Positions 34,546 through 44,151 are shown, counted from the stretch's first letter. The stretch: DNA of 64,000 bases from an uncultured Acidobacteriota bacterium (GCA_963770895.1 CAVYRF010000001.1:160001-224000); one strand, 5' to 3'. Numbers and translations: made by a program. Notes: generated from the sequence alone by a model not told the origin.

Positions 34546-35045
34546 GCACAAAGTCGCAAGCGTGTCAAGTGCGCACTGCATCTATTGAGATTGCCATCCC
34601 AGGCAAGGATAACATCTAGCATGGGCAAATGTGCTCAGCACCTTCAAGCGTCTCGCGATCGCGCCCCCTCGTCGAGCGTATGAGCGTGAGATCGACGGCC
34701 TGCATGGTAGGCGTGTCTTAGGACACCGTTGCGAAGCTCTCTCCGGAGCTTGGGAAGGTCTGCGCATCCAGCAAATGGACGAGACGCTGCGGGAGTTGCC
34801 CTGCAGCTCGTGGAGGTGGGCGAGATTTGGGGTTCTGCTACTCGAAGCAGAGGAACATACCGGTGGTCAGGGTCGGCCAGTGTGGCCTGTCCTCGCCGGC
34901 TGGCGAGATGCGGGGCCTTACCCGAAGGCAATTTCAATCTATGACAGTACCGACGGGATAGTGGCATTTGACGAGTTGCCTCCGGTCTGTCCATACTTGA
35001 AGCCGGCCGGCCTCGCTTGCGGGCGAAGGGAGGGCGCTGAGACCA

Positions 35046-35465
35046 ATGGCAACCCATGCAAAGGATTTGAGCATCTCTGATGCCTTGGACCGCGAGATTG
35101 CTCGCGAGTCAACCGACCGGTCTACCACTGGGTCCGCTCTGGCTACGGAGCTTCTCGAGGAGGGCCTGAGGATGCGCCGAACGCCTGGCGTAGTCTTCGC
35201 CGACGGTCCGGCTGGGCGGCGGGCCGTTGTGGCCGGAAGTGGCCTTGATGTCTGGGAGGTCGTCGCCAGCTGGTTGGGATCAGCCCGCGACTTTGCCCAG
35301 CTACGCCAGAACTACAACTGGTTGAGCGAGCCGCAACTCAGGGCCGCGCTGGCCTACTACGAGGCCTACCCCCAGGAGATCGACGCCCGTCTCGATCGCG
35401 AAGCACACTGGACTCCGGAGAAGGTTGCGAGCGACCTGCCCTTTGTCGCGCCTCGCAGAAGCTGA
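35046..35465 (+). CDS. DUF433 domain antitoxin with RHH-like N-terminus
   Basis: PGVVFADGPAGRRAVVAGSGLDVWEVV, LSEPQLRAALAYYEAYPQEID. Confidence 0.85.
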   Translation: MATHAKDLSISDALDREIARESTDRSTTGSALATELLEEGLRMRRTPGVVFADGPAGRRAVVAGSGLDVWEVVASWLGSARDFAQLRQNYNWLSEPQLRAALAYYEAYPQEIDARLDREAHWTPEKVASDLPFVAPRRS

Positions 35466-35580
35466 CGCTTCCCACCAACTTACCCTCGCGTTGCCCAGGC
35501 CTCGCGGGAACGTCAGATACTGCAGCTGCTGCATCTGGCACCGCAAGCACCGACTCTTCCCTAAACCGATTGTTCTTCCC

Positions 35581-36438
35581 CTAGGAAGTGCCGTGCGCAG
35601 GCCGGGCCCTGGCGATGGACTGCGCCTCCGGCGTGGGGAGGTCGGTGAGGCGCCAGAGGCCGAGGCTTTTGTCTTGGTAGGCGCCGGCGTTTTCGGGGCA
35701 GCGTTCGGCGAGGAGGGTGGCGGGAGGTGGGAGGTTGAAGGGGGGCAGGCGGAGGTTCAGGGGGCGCCATTCGCCGGTGACGACGTCGCGGTTGGCGGGC
35801 TGGGCGGGGAAGGTGGTGGTGAGCAGCCAGGTGGCGCCGCTGGCGCGGAAGTTGGCCAGGGTGGCGAAGATGTCCTGGTAGGAGAAGTGGACCAGGCAGT
35901 CGCGGCACAGGATGAGATCGGCGCGCGGCAGGGGGGCGCGGCGCTGGTCGAGATGGAGGAAGGTGCGGCCGGGGGCGGCGTGGTGGCGCTGGTTGGCGGC
36001 GACGACCGCCTTCACGATGTCGACGCCGTAGTAGGTGGCGACCGGGAGCGTCATTTCCTTGAGCCACCACAGGTCGCCGCAGGGCGCGTCCAGCAGCGAG
36101 GCACAGTGCAGGTCGGCGATCAGGCGCGGCAGGGTCTGGCGCAGCTCGGCGGTGGCGGCCAGGCTGGAGCCGGGGCCGGAGCCCGACTCGTCGCCGCGCC
36201 AGGCGTTGTCGCGGTAGATCGCGGTGAACACGCGCTCGGCGCCGCGCCAGCGCAGCGGCAGCGTGGTCAGGAAGTGCAGGCACCTGCCGGCCAGCGACCG
36301 CACCGGAGGGGGCAGGGCGGCGCGCACCCGGCGCATCACTCCCGCGGCTCCGGCGCCGATGCCGGCGGCGCCGGCGGCCCTTGCTGCGGGGTTGCCGGGA
36401 TCGCCGGCTAGCGGTGGAGGCCGAAGGTCTGGACCCAT
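35581..36438 (-). CDS. Class I SAM-dependent methyltransferase
   Basis: ESGSGPGS, LLDAPCGD, YYGVDIV, DLILCRDCLVH; start uncertain (alternative 36336). Confidence 0.85.
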   Translation of the reverse strand: MGPDLRPPPLAGDPGNPAARAAGAAGIGAGAAGVMRRVRAALPPPVRSLAGRCLHFLTTLPLRWRGAERVFTAIYRDNAWRGDESGSGPGSSLAATAELRQTLPRLIADLHCASLLDAPCGDLWWLKEMTLPVATYYGVDIVKAVVAANQRHHAAPGRTFLHLDQRRAPLPRADLILCRDCLVHFSYQDIFATLANFRASGATWLLTTTFPAQPANRDVVTGEWRPLNLRLPPFNLPPPATLLAERCPENAGAYQDKSLGLWRLTDLPTPEAQSIARARPAHGTS

Positions 36439-37556
36439 AGGACTCGATAGGTTGCGGTGTGGGGGTCGCGGCCCAGGGCCAGGCCGATGCCGGTCTCATC
36501 GAAGGTGGTGTTGAGGATGTTGGCGCGGTGCTCGGGGCTGGCCATCCAGGCGTCCGCGACCTGGGGGACGGTGGTCTGGCCTTCGGCGATGTTTTCGCCG
36601 ATCGTCTGCCATTCGAAGCCGGCGGCGCGGGAGCGTTCGCGCACGCTTTTGCCTTCGGGGCTGACGTGGGCGAAGTAGGAGCGGGCCAGCATGTCCTGGG
36701 CGTGAAACTGCGCCGCCTCTTCCAGCTTGGCGTTTTCGGCCAGCGGCGGCAGCTTGGCGCGCCGGCGCTCGGCGTTGATGCGCACCAGCAGCTCGCGGCG
36801 CACCAGCTCGACGTTGCGCAGGCTGGCGGTCGAGGCGGTGAAGACGGCGGCTCGCGGCGTGGCGCAGAGTACCGAGTAGATGGGGGTGTCGCCCAGGTAG
36901 CCGGCGCCGACGCCGATCTCGGTGTAGACCGGTTCGAGCAGCCGGCGGTAGCCGCCGGCGGCGGGGTCGTCGTGCCAGGCGGCGATCAGCTCGGCGGCGT
37001 TTTCGGGGCCGGTGACCAGGCTTTCATCCCACTGCTGGGCTTCGTAGCCGGCGGCGGCCAGGCGGCGCGCCATGGCGTCCTGCGGTTCGTGCTCGGCCTT
37101 GAGCGATCCTGCGGCCACGACGGCATCGACGCGCTGCTGGGCGGCGCGATCGAGCGCCGCGGAGCGCGCCAGGGGCGGCGCGCCGCCGGCGTGGCGCTCG
37201 GCGTTGAGCCGCTGCACCAGCTCGTGGCGCAGGGCTTCGCGCTGGCGCTCGCCGTCAGCGGCCAGGGCGGCCAGGGTGGCGCGATGGGAGGCGTCGTGGG
37301 CGGTGTCGCCGGCGGCCGATCCGGAAGCGGCGCCGCCGCTTGAGGGCGCGGCGGCGGTCGCGGCAGCGGAGCCCGCCGCGGGTGTGGCGGGCTTGGCGGC
37401 GGCGGCGAGCACGGTCAGGACGGCAGCGGTTGCCAGGGCGCGGGTGCCGCCTTTGCAGACGTGTGGCCTGGCGGGCGGTTGGGCGGCGGCGGGCGGGCGG
37501 GCCGCGGTGGCCGGGCGTGCCGATGGGGCCGATGCTGGGCTGGATGGCCGGATCAT
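36408..37556 (-). CDS. Secreted tandem CAP (SCP) domain protein, paralogue of 30315..31286
   Basis: AAQFHAQDMLARSYFAH, GENIAEG, WMASPEHRANIL. Confidence 0.85.
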   Translation of the reverse strand: MIRPSSPASAPSARPATAARPPAAAQPPARPHVCKGGTRALATAAVLTVLAAAAKPATPAAGSAAATAAAPSSGGAASGSAAGDTAHDASHRATLAALAADGERQREALRHELVQRLNAERHAGGAPPLARSAALDRAAQQRVDAVVAAGSLKAEHEPQDAMARRLAAAGYEAQQWDESLVTGPENAAELIAAWHDDPAAGGYRRLLEPVYTEIGVGAGYLGDTPIYSVLCATPRAAVFTASTASLRNVELVRRELLVRINAERRRAKLPPLAENAKLEEAAQFHAQDMLARSYFAHVSPEGKSVRERSRAAGFEWQTIGENIAEGQTTVPQVADAWMASPEHRANILNTTFDETGIGLALGRDPHTATYRVLWVQTFGLHR

Positions 37557-37628
37557 GGCTCGTGGTTTGAGCAATGGGTGTGCCCGGACCGCGGAACCTG
37601 GGCAGCGCAACTGGTACGATACATCGCC

Positions 37629-38957
37629 TTGATCGCACCCAGCCCCGCGCCTGCGCGCTTGAGCCTGCACCAGCGGCCGGTTGCCGCGCATCTGCGCATC
37701 CTTGCCCTTGCCTGGGGCGCCTGGGCTACCGGCTTCTGCTCGCTCAGCCTGGTGTCGTTCGTGCTGCAGCCTTTACAGGACGCTTTCGGCCTTTCGGAGG
37801 ACGGGCTGGCGCGCCTCACCGCGGTGGGCGTCGGCGCCAGCGGCGTGGGCGGGTTGCTGTTCGGCTGGATGAGCGATCGCCTGGGGCGGCGCACGTCGAT
37901 TGCCGTGGCGGTGGCGGCCTTCGGGCTGGGCAACCTGGTGTGCGCCCTGGCGCCGGGGGCGGGCTGGCTGATTGCCGGGCGGGCGCTGACCGGCCTGGGG
38001 GTGGGGGGGAGCTGGGGGGCGGGGCAGGCGATGATGAGCGAGACGTTCCCGCCGGCGCTGCGCGGGCGCTACGGCGCCATCGCCCAGACCGGCGCGCCGG
38101 TGGGCCTGGGGCTGGCGGCGGTGGCCGGCTCGTTTCTGGCGCCGGCGATCGGTTGGCGGCTGGTGTTCCTGGCCTCGGCGCTGCCGCTGCTGGCGCTGCC
38201 GCTGCTGCGGCGGGTGCCCGAATCCGATCTCTGGCTGGAGCACCGGCGGTCGCTCTTGCGGCAGTCCGCCGCGGCGCGCACGGCGTTGGGCGGGGGAGCT
38301 GGGGGGGATCTGGGCGCTGCGGTCGGCGGGCCGGTCGGCGGGCGGCGGCCGATCCTGGCGCAGCTGGTGGCGGGCGACCTGGCCGGGCGCTTTGCCGGGG
38401 CGTTCGTGCTGACCACGCTCAACATGTCTGCCTACTGGTTCGCGATCGTCTGGCTGCCGCGCTACCTGCAGAAGCAGCGCGGGCTGTCGATCTTCGGCTC
38501 GGGGTGGTGGACGCTGATCTTCGTCGCCGGGTCGCTGGCCGGCTACCTGACGTTTGGCTGGGCCTCGGACGTGCTGGGCCGGCGGCGCGCCTTTGCCTTG
38601 TACAGCGCCATCACCGCGCTGGGCCTGGCGATGGTGACGCTGTTCTGGGAGGCGCTGGCCGGCCATCCGGCGGCGGGCATCGCGTGCATGGCGGTGGCGG
38701 GATTCGGCACCGGCACGTGGTCGTGCTACGGGCCTTTCTTTTCCGAGCTGTTCCCGACGCGCGTGCGCGGCGCGGCGATGTCGGTGATCATGAACGTCAG
38801 CCGCGGCGTGCAGTTTGCCGCGCCCCTGGCCATCGCCGCGGTGGCCGGCCGCTGGGGGCTGGCCGGCGGCGTGGCGCTGGCGGCCGGCTTCGCGGTGCTC
38901 TCGGGCCTGTGGGTGTGGACGCTGCCCGAAACCGCCGGGGCGGCGCTGGAGGCGTGA
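37629..38957 (+). CDS. MFS transporter
   Basis: GWMSDRLGRR motif A; ETFPPALRG; SELFPTRVRG; start approximate. Confidence 0.88.
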   Translation: MIAPSPAPARLSLHQRPVAAHLRILALAWGAWATGFCSLSLVSFVLQPLQDAFGLSEDGLARLTAVGVGASGVGGLLFGWMSDRLGRRTSIAVAVAAFGLGNLVCALAPGAGWLIAGRALTGLGVGGSWGAGQAMMSETFPPALRGRYGAIAQTGAPVGLGLAAVAGSFLAPAIGWRLVFLASALPLLALPLLRRVPESDLWLEHRRSLLRQSAAARTALGGGAGGDLGAAVGGPVGGRRPILAQLVAGDLAGRFAGAFVLTTLNMSAYWFAIVWLPRYLQKQRGLSIFGSGWWTLIFVAGSLAGYLTFGWASDVLGRRRAFALYSAITALGLAMVTLFWEALAGHPAAGIACMAVAGFGTGTWSCYGPFFSELFPTRVRGAAMSVIMNVSRGVQFAAPLAIAAVAGRWGLAGGVALAAGFAVLSGLWVWTLPETAGAALEA

Positions 38958-39022
38958 TCGGTGGTGGCGCGACGGACGGGCGCCGGGGATCGGCAGGGAC
39001 GGATGGGAAGGAGAAAGGTTCG

Positions 39023-40420
39023 ATGAGCATGCCGACAATGCCAGGGGCCGTGTTGCCGGAATCCCGTCCGGGGCTGCTGCGCGCGGTGTCGCGCTGGCAG
39101 ATCGTGGGGCTGGTGCTCAACGACGTCATCGGCAGCGGCGTGTACCTGCTGCCGGCGGGCGCGGCGGCGCTGCTCGGCGGCGCGAGCGTCGGCGCCGTGG
39201 TGCTGGCGGGGGCGGCGGTGCTGCTGGTGGTGCTGTGCTTTGCCGAGGCGGCCACTCACTTTGACGAGCCGGGCAGCGCCTACCTGTATGCCCGCGCCGC
39301 GTTCGGCGGCCTGGTGGGCTTCGAGGTGGGCTGGATGTCGTGGCTGGCGCGGGTGGCGTCGGTGGCATCGCTGGCGGTGGCGTTCGCCCAGGCGCTCGGC
39401 TACCTGTGGCCGGCGGCGCGCGGCGGCTGGGAGCGGCAGTCGGCGATCGTGGTGCCGGTGCTGGCGCTGACGTTGCTCAACGTGATCGGCATCCGTTCGG
39501 GGGTGCGCACGGCGGTGCTCCTGACCATCGCCAAGGTGGTGCCGCTGGTGGTCTTCGTCACCGCCGGCACGGTGGCGGTGCTGCGCGCCCAGGGCGGCGG
39601 GCCGCTGGCGGCGGCGCTGCCGGAGGCGGCGCGGGCGATCGCCGGCGGCGCCGGCGCCGCGGCGGGGGGGCCTGGCTGGCACCGTCTGGGCGCCGCGGCG
39701 CTGCTGCTGCTGTACGCCTATGCCGGGTTCGAAAACACCGCGGCGGCGGCGGGGGAGTTCAAGAACCCGCGGCGCGACGTGCCGTTCGCCCTGCTCACCC
39801 AGATCGGCATCGTGACGCTGCTGTACGCCTGGGTGCAGTGGGTGGCGCTCAAGACGCTGCCCGGCCTGGCGACGTCGGCGACGCCGCTGGCGGACGCGGC
39901 GCGCCTGTTTCTGGGCGGCTGGGGCGGCTGGCTGCTGACGATCGGCGGCACCCTTTCCATCCTGGGCACCAACGGCAACACCGTGCTGGCCGGGCCGCGC
40001 TACCTGTTCGCCCTGGCGCGCGGCGGCTTCGGGCCGCGCTGGCTGGGGGTTGTGCATCCGCGGTTTCGCACTCCCGCGGCGGCGGTGGTGACGCAGACCG
40101 TGATCGCGCTTCCCCTGGCGCTTTCGGGCAGCTTCGTCGGCCTGGCGGCGCTGTCGGTCGTGGCGCGCCTGGGCTCCTACCTGGGCACCGCCGCCGCGGT
40201 GCCGATGCTGCGCCGCAAGCTGCCCGCCCGCCCCGGCGCCTTCCGCCTGCCCGGCGGTCCGGCGATCCCGATCGCCGCGGCGCTGCTCTGCATCGTCTTT
40301 GCCGCCAGCGCCACCCCCGGCGACCTGCTGGCCGGGGCCGTCGCCCTGGTGGTCGGCGTCGGGATCTACGCCCTGCGCCGGCCGCCGATGCCCCCCGACA
40401 CCGCGGCCGGCGCGGATTGA
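39023..40420 (+). CDS. APC-family amino acid permease
   Basis: VIGSGVYLLP, YAYAGFE, GEFKNPRRD, HPRFRTP. Confidence 0.9.
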   Translation: MSMPTMPGAVLPESRPGLLRAVSRWQIVGLVLNDVIGSGVYLLPAGAAALLGGASVGAVVLAGAAVLLVVLCFAEAATHFDEPGSAYLYARAAFGGLVGFEVGWMSWLARVASVASLAVAFAQALGYLWPAARGGWERQSAIVVPVLALTLLNVIGIRSGVRTAVLLTIAKVVPLVVFVTAGTVAVLRAQGGGPLAAALPEAARAIAGGAGAAAGGPGWHRLGAAALLLLYAYAGFENTAAAAGEFKNPRRDVPFALLTQIGIVTLLYAWVQWVALKTLPGLATSATPLADAARLFLGGWGGWLLTIGGTLSILGTNGNTVLAGPRYLFALARGGFGPRWLGVVHPRFRTPAAAVVTQTVIALPLALSGSFVGLAALSVVARLGSYLGTAAAVPMLRRKLPARPGAFRLPGGPAIPIAAALLCIVFAASATPGDLLAGAVALVVGVGIYALRRPPMPPDTAAGAD

Positions 40421-40433
40421 GCCGACTGAGCTG

Positions 40434-40592
40434 CTAGCCGCCGGGGCAGGCGTCGCAGATGGACACCACGTGGCAGGTGAGCCGCGTGTTGCTCGGCAGG
40501 ACAGAGCCGCCTTGCACGCCGTCCATGCGGTCGAGCTGCGCCAGCGATTCGCGGTTGAGGGTGAGCTTGCGGCCTTGCAGCTGCTTTTTCAT
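40434..40592 (-). CDS. 52-aa putative lanthipeptide-like precursor peptide (absent from the ORF track)
   Basis: MKKQLQGRKLTLNRESLAQLDRMDGVQGG-SVLPSNTRLTCHVVSICDACPGG; GGAGGA RBS. Confidence 0.75.
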   Translation of the reverse strand: MKKQLQGRKLTLNRESLAQLDRMDGVQGGSVLPSNTRLTCHVVSICDACPGG

Positions 40593-40688
40593 GAGCGTTC
40601 CTCCGTTGCCTGGATTGGCACCTTACCCATTGCAGTGCCAAGCGGCGTCACGTTCGCGCCATCTTCTTGATTGCTCATTCCAGAGACA

Positions 40689-40756
40689 TGGTGACGCCAG
40701 TGCGCGCCGGGACTGACTCTGGTGACCTGGTGACGCCAGTTCGCGCCGGGACCGAC
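40689..40756. repeat. Two 29-bp direct repeats (period 39)
   Basis: TGGTGACGCCAGT(G/T)CGCGCCGGGAC(T/C)GAC at 40689-40717 and 40728-40756. Confidence 0.85.
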
Positions 40757-40787
40757 CGGCACCGCGAGCTGGCGCCACCGGGCGGAA

Positions 40788-42500
40788 CTACAGCGCCCAG
40801 CCTGGCATCACGTAGGAGTAGAACAGCACGATGAGGCCGATGATCGCGGCCAGAAACGCGCTGTGCTTGAGGGTGAAACGGAACAGCCGGCCTTCTTCGG
40901 AGGCGGGCATGCCGGTGGCCGCCGCCGCCACGGCGATGCTCTGCAAGCTGATCATCTTGCCCATCACGCCGCCGCTGGAATTGGACGCCGCCATCAGCAC
41001 CGGATTGAGCCCCAGGTGGTTGGCGGTCACCACCTGGAGGTTGCCGAACAGGGCGTTGGCCGAAGTGTCGCTGCCGGTCAGGAAGACGCCCAGCCAGCCG
41101 AGCAGCGAGCTGAAGAAGGGGAAGAGCGCGCCGGTGGCCGCAAACGCCAGGCCGAGGGTGGCGGCTTCGCCGCTGTAGTTCATCAGGAACGCCAGGGCCA
41201 GGACGGTGGCGATGGTGAGCATCGGGAAGCGCAGCTGCCAGGCGACCGCGCCGACCAGCCGCACGAAGCGCCGCGGCGACACGCGCAGCACCGCGGCGGC
41301 GCCGATCGTCGCCAGCATGCAGGCGGTGCCCGACGCCGACAGGTAGCTGAAGGCGTAGATCGCGGCGTACGGCGACGGCTTCTTGACCACCGGCGGCAGG
41401 CGCAGGATCTGGTTGTGCAGGCCCGGCCAGGGGATCGAGATGGTGGCGTGGTTGAGCAGCGCCTTGATGCTGTCGACGCCCCACAGCAGCACGAAGATGA
41501 CCAGCAGTCCGTAAGGCGCCCAGGCGAGCAGCACCTGGCGCCGGGTGTGCTGCGGGCGCGCCGCGCCGGCGGCGGCCCCGGTGCCGGCGACGGCCGCGGT
41601 GCCGGTACCGGCGCCGGCCGCGGTGGCGGCGCCGGCGCCGAACGTGAAGATGCCCGCGGTGGCGTGATCGGCGGGGCGCCAGAAGCGCAGCAGGACGATC
41701 AGCGACAGGATCGCGGCCAGCGAGGCGATGATGTCGGTCAGCGCCGGCCCCAGGTTGTTGGAGACCAGAAACTGCGCCGTGGCAAACGACACGCCGCACA
41801 GCGCCGCCGCCGGCAGCACGCCGCGCAGCGCCTTGACCCCGCCCATCATCAGCATCAGGTAGGCCGGTATGAAGATCGACACCGGCGCGCAGATGCGCCC
41901 CACGTCGGAGCTCAAGCCGTGCATCGGCAGGCCGGTGATCGTCTGCAGGGTGAGCAGCGGCGTGCCGATCGAGCCGAAGGCCACCGGCGAGGTGTTGGCC
42001 AGCAGGCAGAGGACCGCGGCGTGGAACGGCGAGAAACCCAGCCCCGCCAGCATGCCCGCGGCCACCGCGACGGGCGTGCCGAAGCCGGCGGCACCCTCGA
42101 TGAAGGCGCCGAACGCGAAGGCGATCAGCAGCGCCTGCAGGCGCTGATCGCTGGTCAGGCCGCCGATCGAATCCTTGATGATTTCGAACTGGCCCGTTTC
42201 CAGCGTCAGCCGGTAGAGGGCGATGGCCCAGAAGACGATCCAGCCGATCGGCAGCAGGCCGAAGGCGGCGCCGTACAGGCTGGCGCTGACCATCGTGCCG
42301 GCGGGCATGCCGTAGACGCCCAGCGCCACCACCATCGCCGTGGCGAGCCCTGCCAGCGAGGCGATCCAGGCCGGTTTGCGCAGCACTCCGAGCAGCAGGA
42401 GAAGCACGAAGATGGGGAGCGCGGCGACCAGGGCCGACAGCGCCAGGCTGCCGCCGACAGGGAAGTACGTCTGCTGCCACTGCGCGGACAGGTCGGTCAC
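40788..42500 (-). CDS. lctP: L-lactate permease
   Basis: QALLIAFAFGAFIEGAAGFGTP, ANTSPVAFG, LTGSDTSANALFG, MGKMISLQSI. Confidence 0.92.
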   Translation of the reverse strand: MTDLSAQWQQTYFPVGGSLALSALVAALPIFVLLLLLGVLRKPAWIASLAGLATAMVVALGVYGMPAGTMVSASLYGAAFGLLPIGWIVFWAIALYRLTLETGQFEIIKDSIGGLTSDQRLQALLIAFAFGAFIEGAAGFGTPVAVAAGMLAGLGFSPFHAAVLCLLANTSPVAFGSIGTPLLTLQTITGLPMHGLSSDVGRICAPVSIFIPAYLMLMMGGVKALRGVLPAAALCGVSFATAQFLVSNNLGPALTDIIASLAAILSLIVLLRFWRPADHATAGIFTFGAGAATAAGAGTGTAAVAGTGAAAGAARPQHTRRQVLLAWAPYGLLVIFVLLWGVDSIKALLNHATISIPWPGLHNQILRLPPVVKKPSPYAAIYAFSYLSASGTACMLATIGAAAVLRVSPRRFVRLVGAVAWQLRFPMLTIATVLALAFLMNYSGEAATLGLAFAATGALFPFFSSLLGWLGVFLTGSDTSANALFGNLQVVTANHLGLNPVLMAASNSSGGVMGKMISLQSIAVAAAATGMPASEEGRLFRFTLKHSAFLAAIIGLIVLFYSYVMPGWAL

Positions 42501-42532
42501 GGAGACTCCTGCGGCCCGCGCTGGGCGGGCGG

Positions 42533-43129
42533 TCAGAGCGACGTGAAAATAGACGACTGACGCCAGGGGATGAGCAACAGCACGACCCCCAGCGTGATGG
42601 CGGCATCGGCGATGTTGAAGATTCCGGTGCGCAGCGGCCCGACGCCGAGGCTGATGAAATCGACCACGGCGCCATCGTGCAGGAAGCGATCGATCAGGTT
42701 TCCCAGGCCGCCCCCCGTCAGCAGCGACAGGGCCACCAGCTGCACCGGGCTGGCGGCGCGCAGCCGCAGGGTGAAGACCAGCGTCAGGGTGAGCGCGCCG
42801 CTGACCAGGACGACGAACAGCAGGTAGCGGGCGAACACCGGCAGCGTTTCGCCGACGCTCAGGAAGGCGCCGCGGTTTTGCGCCAGCTCCAGCCGCACGA
42901 AGTCGTGCAGATACGACAGCGGCGGCGAGGTGGCGAGCGACGCCTGGGCCAGGGTCTTTGCCACCTGGTCGCAGCCGACGGCGCACAGCAGCACGCAGGC
43001 GACCAGCGTCATGCGCAAGGTGCGGTTCATCACCGCGACCGGCGGGAAGGCGGCGGCGAGCGGCGGCGGCGGCGCGTCGGCGTCCGCGGCCGGCCCGTAC
43101 GGGGTGAGCTCCACGTCCGGCATCGTCAT
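42533..43129 (-). CDS. lspA: Signal peptidase II
   Basis: DQVAK, NRGAFLS, GGGLGNLIDR, VVDFI, FNIAD. Confidence 0.88.
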   Translation of the reverse strand: MTMPDVELTPYGPAADADAPPPPLAAAFPPVAVMNRTLRMTLVACVLLCAVGCDQVAKTLAQASLATSPPLSYLHDFVRLELAQNRGAFLSVGETLPVFARYLLFVVLVSGALTLTLVFTLRLRAASPVQLVALSLLTGGGLGNLIDRFLHDGAVVDFISLGVGPLRTGIFNIADAAITLGVVLLLIPWRQSSIFTSL

Positions 43130-44151
43130 GGCGCCGCCGCCACCAGGCGGCGCTCCTGGCGGTCCCAGCGCCAGGCGGCGCAGCGCCCGTGCAGGTGGAC
43201 GCCGCCCAGCCAGCGGTCGAGGCCGCCGCGGATGTCGACCCAATCTTCGTAGCCGGCCAGCACGCGTGCGCCGACGCCGGTGGCGGCGACGGTGGGCGAA
43301 CGGTGCGCCGTGCCGCCACCGGGCGATTCCAGCCGCAGCAGCGGCCGCGGCCCGGCGGCAAGGTCCTGCAGCCGGCGCAGAAACGACAGGTCGGGCATGA
43401 ACACGCGCTCTTCCATGTCCTGCACGGCCCGGAACAGGTCGCCGAAGGCGATCGGAGCGCCGCCGGCGGCGGATGCCGCCTGGATCGCCTGCCGCTCGGT
43501 GCGCGACAGGCCGTCGCCGCAGCCGGGGAACTCTTCGAGGTGGCGCGTCAGCGCCGCGGCCAGGTAGGGCAGGCAGCCGGTGTCGGCGTGCCCGGCGAAG
43601 CCTTCCAGCCGCGTCGGCTGCGGCGAGCAGAACGCATCCCAGGCGGCGTGCGCCACGGCCATCTGCTGGGTGGTCACCGCCCGCCTGGTGTCGAGCAGCC
43701 CGGCGAGCTGGTGCGGCTGCATGCGGCCCAGGTAGTCGTCGGCCTGCACCAGGCTGATGCGGGTGAAGCCGGCGTCGTGGGCGCTGAACCAGCTGAGCAG
43801 GCGGCAGAGGTGCAGCTGGTCGAACAGGTCGTGCTCGAACCAGAGCACCACTTCGTCGTGGTGGCGGAAGCCTTCCAGGGCGTGGTCCCAGCCCGCCAAC
43901 CGGGCCAGGCACTCTTCGTAGTCGTCGTAGCCGCTCTGGGCCAGGAAGCGGGCGCGCTCGCGGCGCCAGCGCTCCAGGCTGGACGTGGCAAAGGCCGGCC
44001 CCTCGTACAGCAGATCCGCCGCCAGGGTGGTCTGGCCGGCGATCCCCGCGGCGCGCAGGCGATCGGCGGCGCAATCGCCGTTGAGGATGTGCAGGACGCT
44101 GGCCGGCGGTCTGGCGACGCGCAGCGGTGAGTCCGCCGTGGCCGGCGCCAT
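43126..44151 (-). CDS. DUF1835 domain protein
   Basis: LHILNGD, LYEGP, VVLWFEHDLFDQL, GLSRTERQ, DRWLGGV. Confidence 0.8.
   Translation of the reverse strand: MAPATADSPLRVARPPASVLHILNGDCAADRLRAAGIAGQTTLAADLLYEGPAFATSSLERWRRERARFLAQSGYDDYEECLARLAGWDHALEGFRHHDEVVLWFEHDLFDQLHLCRLLSWFSAHDAGFTRISLVQADDYLGRMQPHQLAGLLDTRRAVTTQQMAVAHAAWDAFCSPQPTRLEGFAGHADTGCLPYLAAALTRHLEEFPGCGDGLSRTERQAIQAASAAGGAPIAFGDLFRAVQDMEERVFMPDLSFLRRLQDLAAGPRPLLRLESPGGGTAHRSPTVAATGVGARVLAGYEDWVDIRGGLDRWLGGVHLHGRCAAWRWDRQERRLVAAAP

Noticed and set aside
34631-35080. 149-aa ORF in the TA islet, and ORFs at 33168-33574
   Set aside because: No recognisable motif or clear RBS; probably non-coding or decayed sequence
40689-40756. 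Possible CRISPR array
   Set aside because: Only two repeats, a 10-nt spacer and no cas genes
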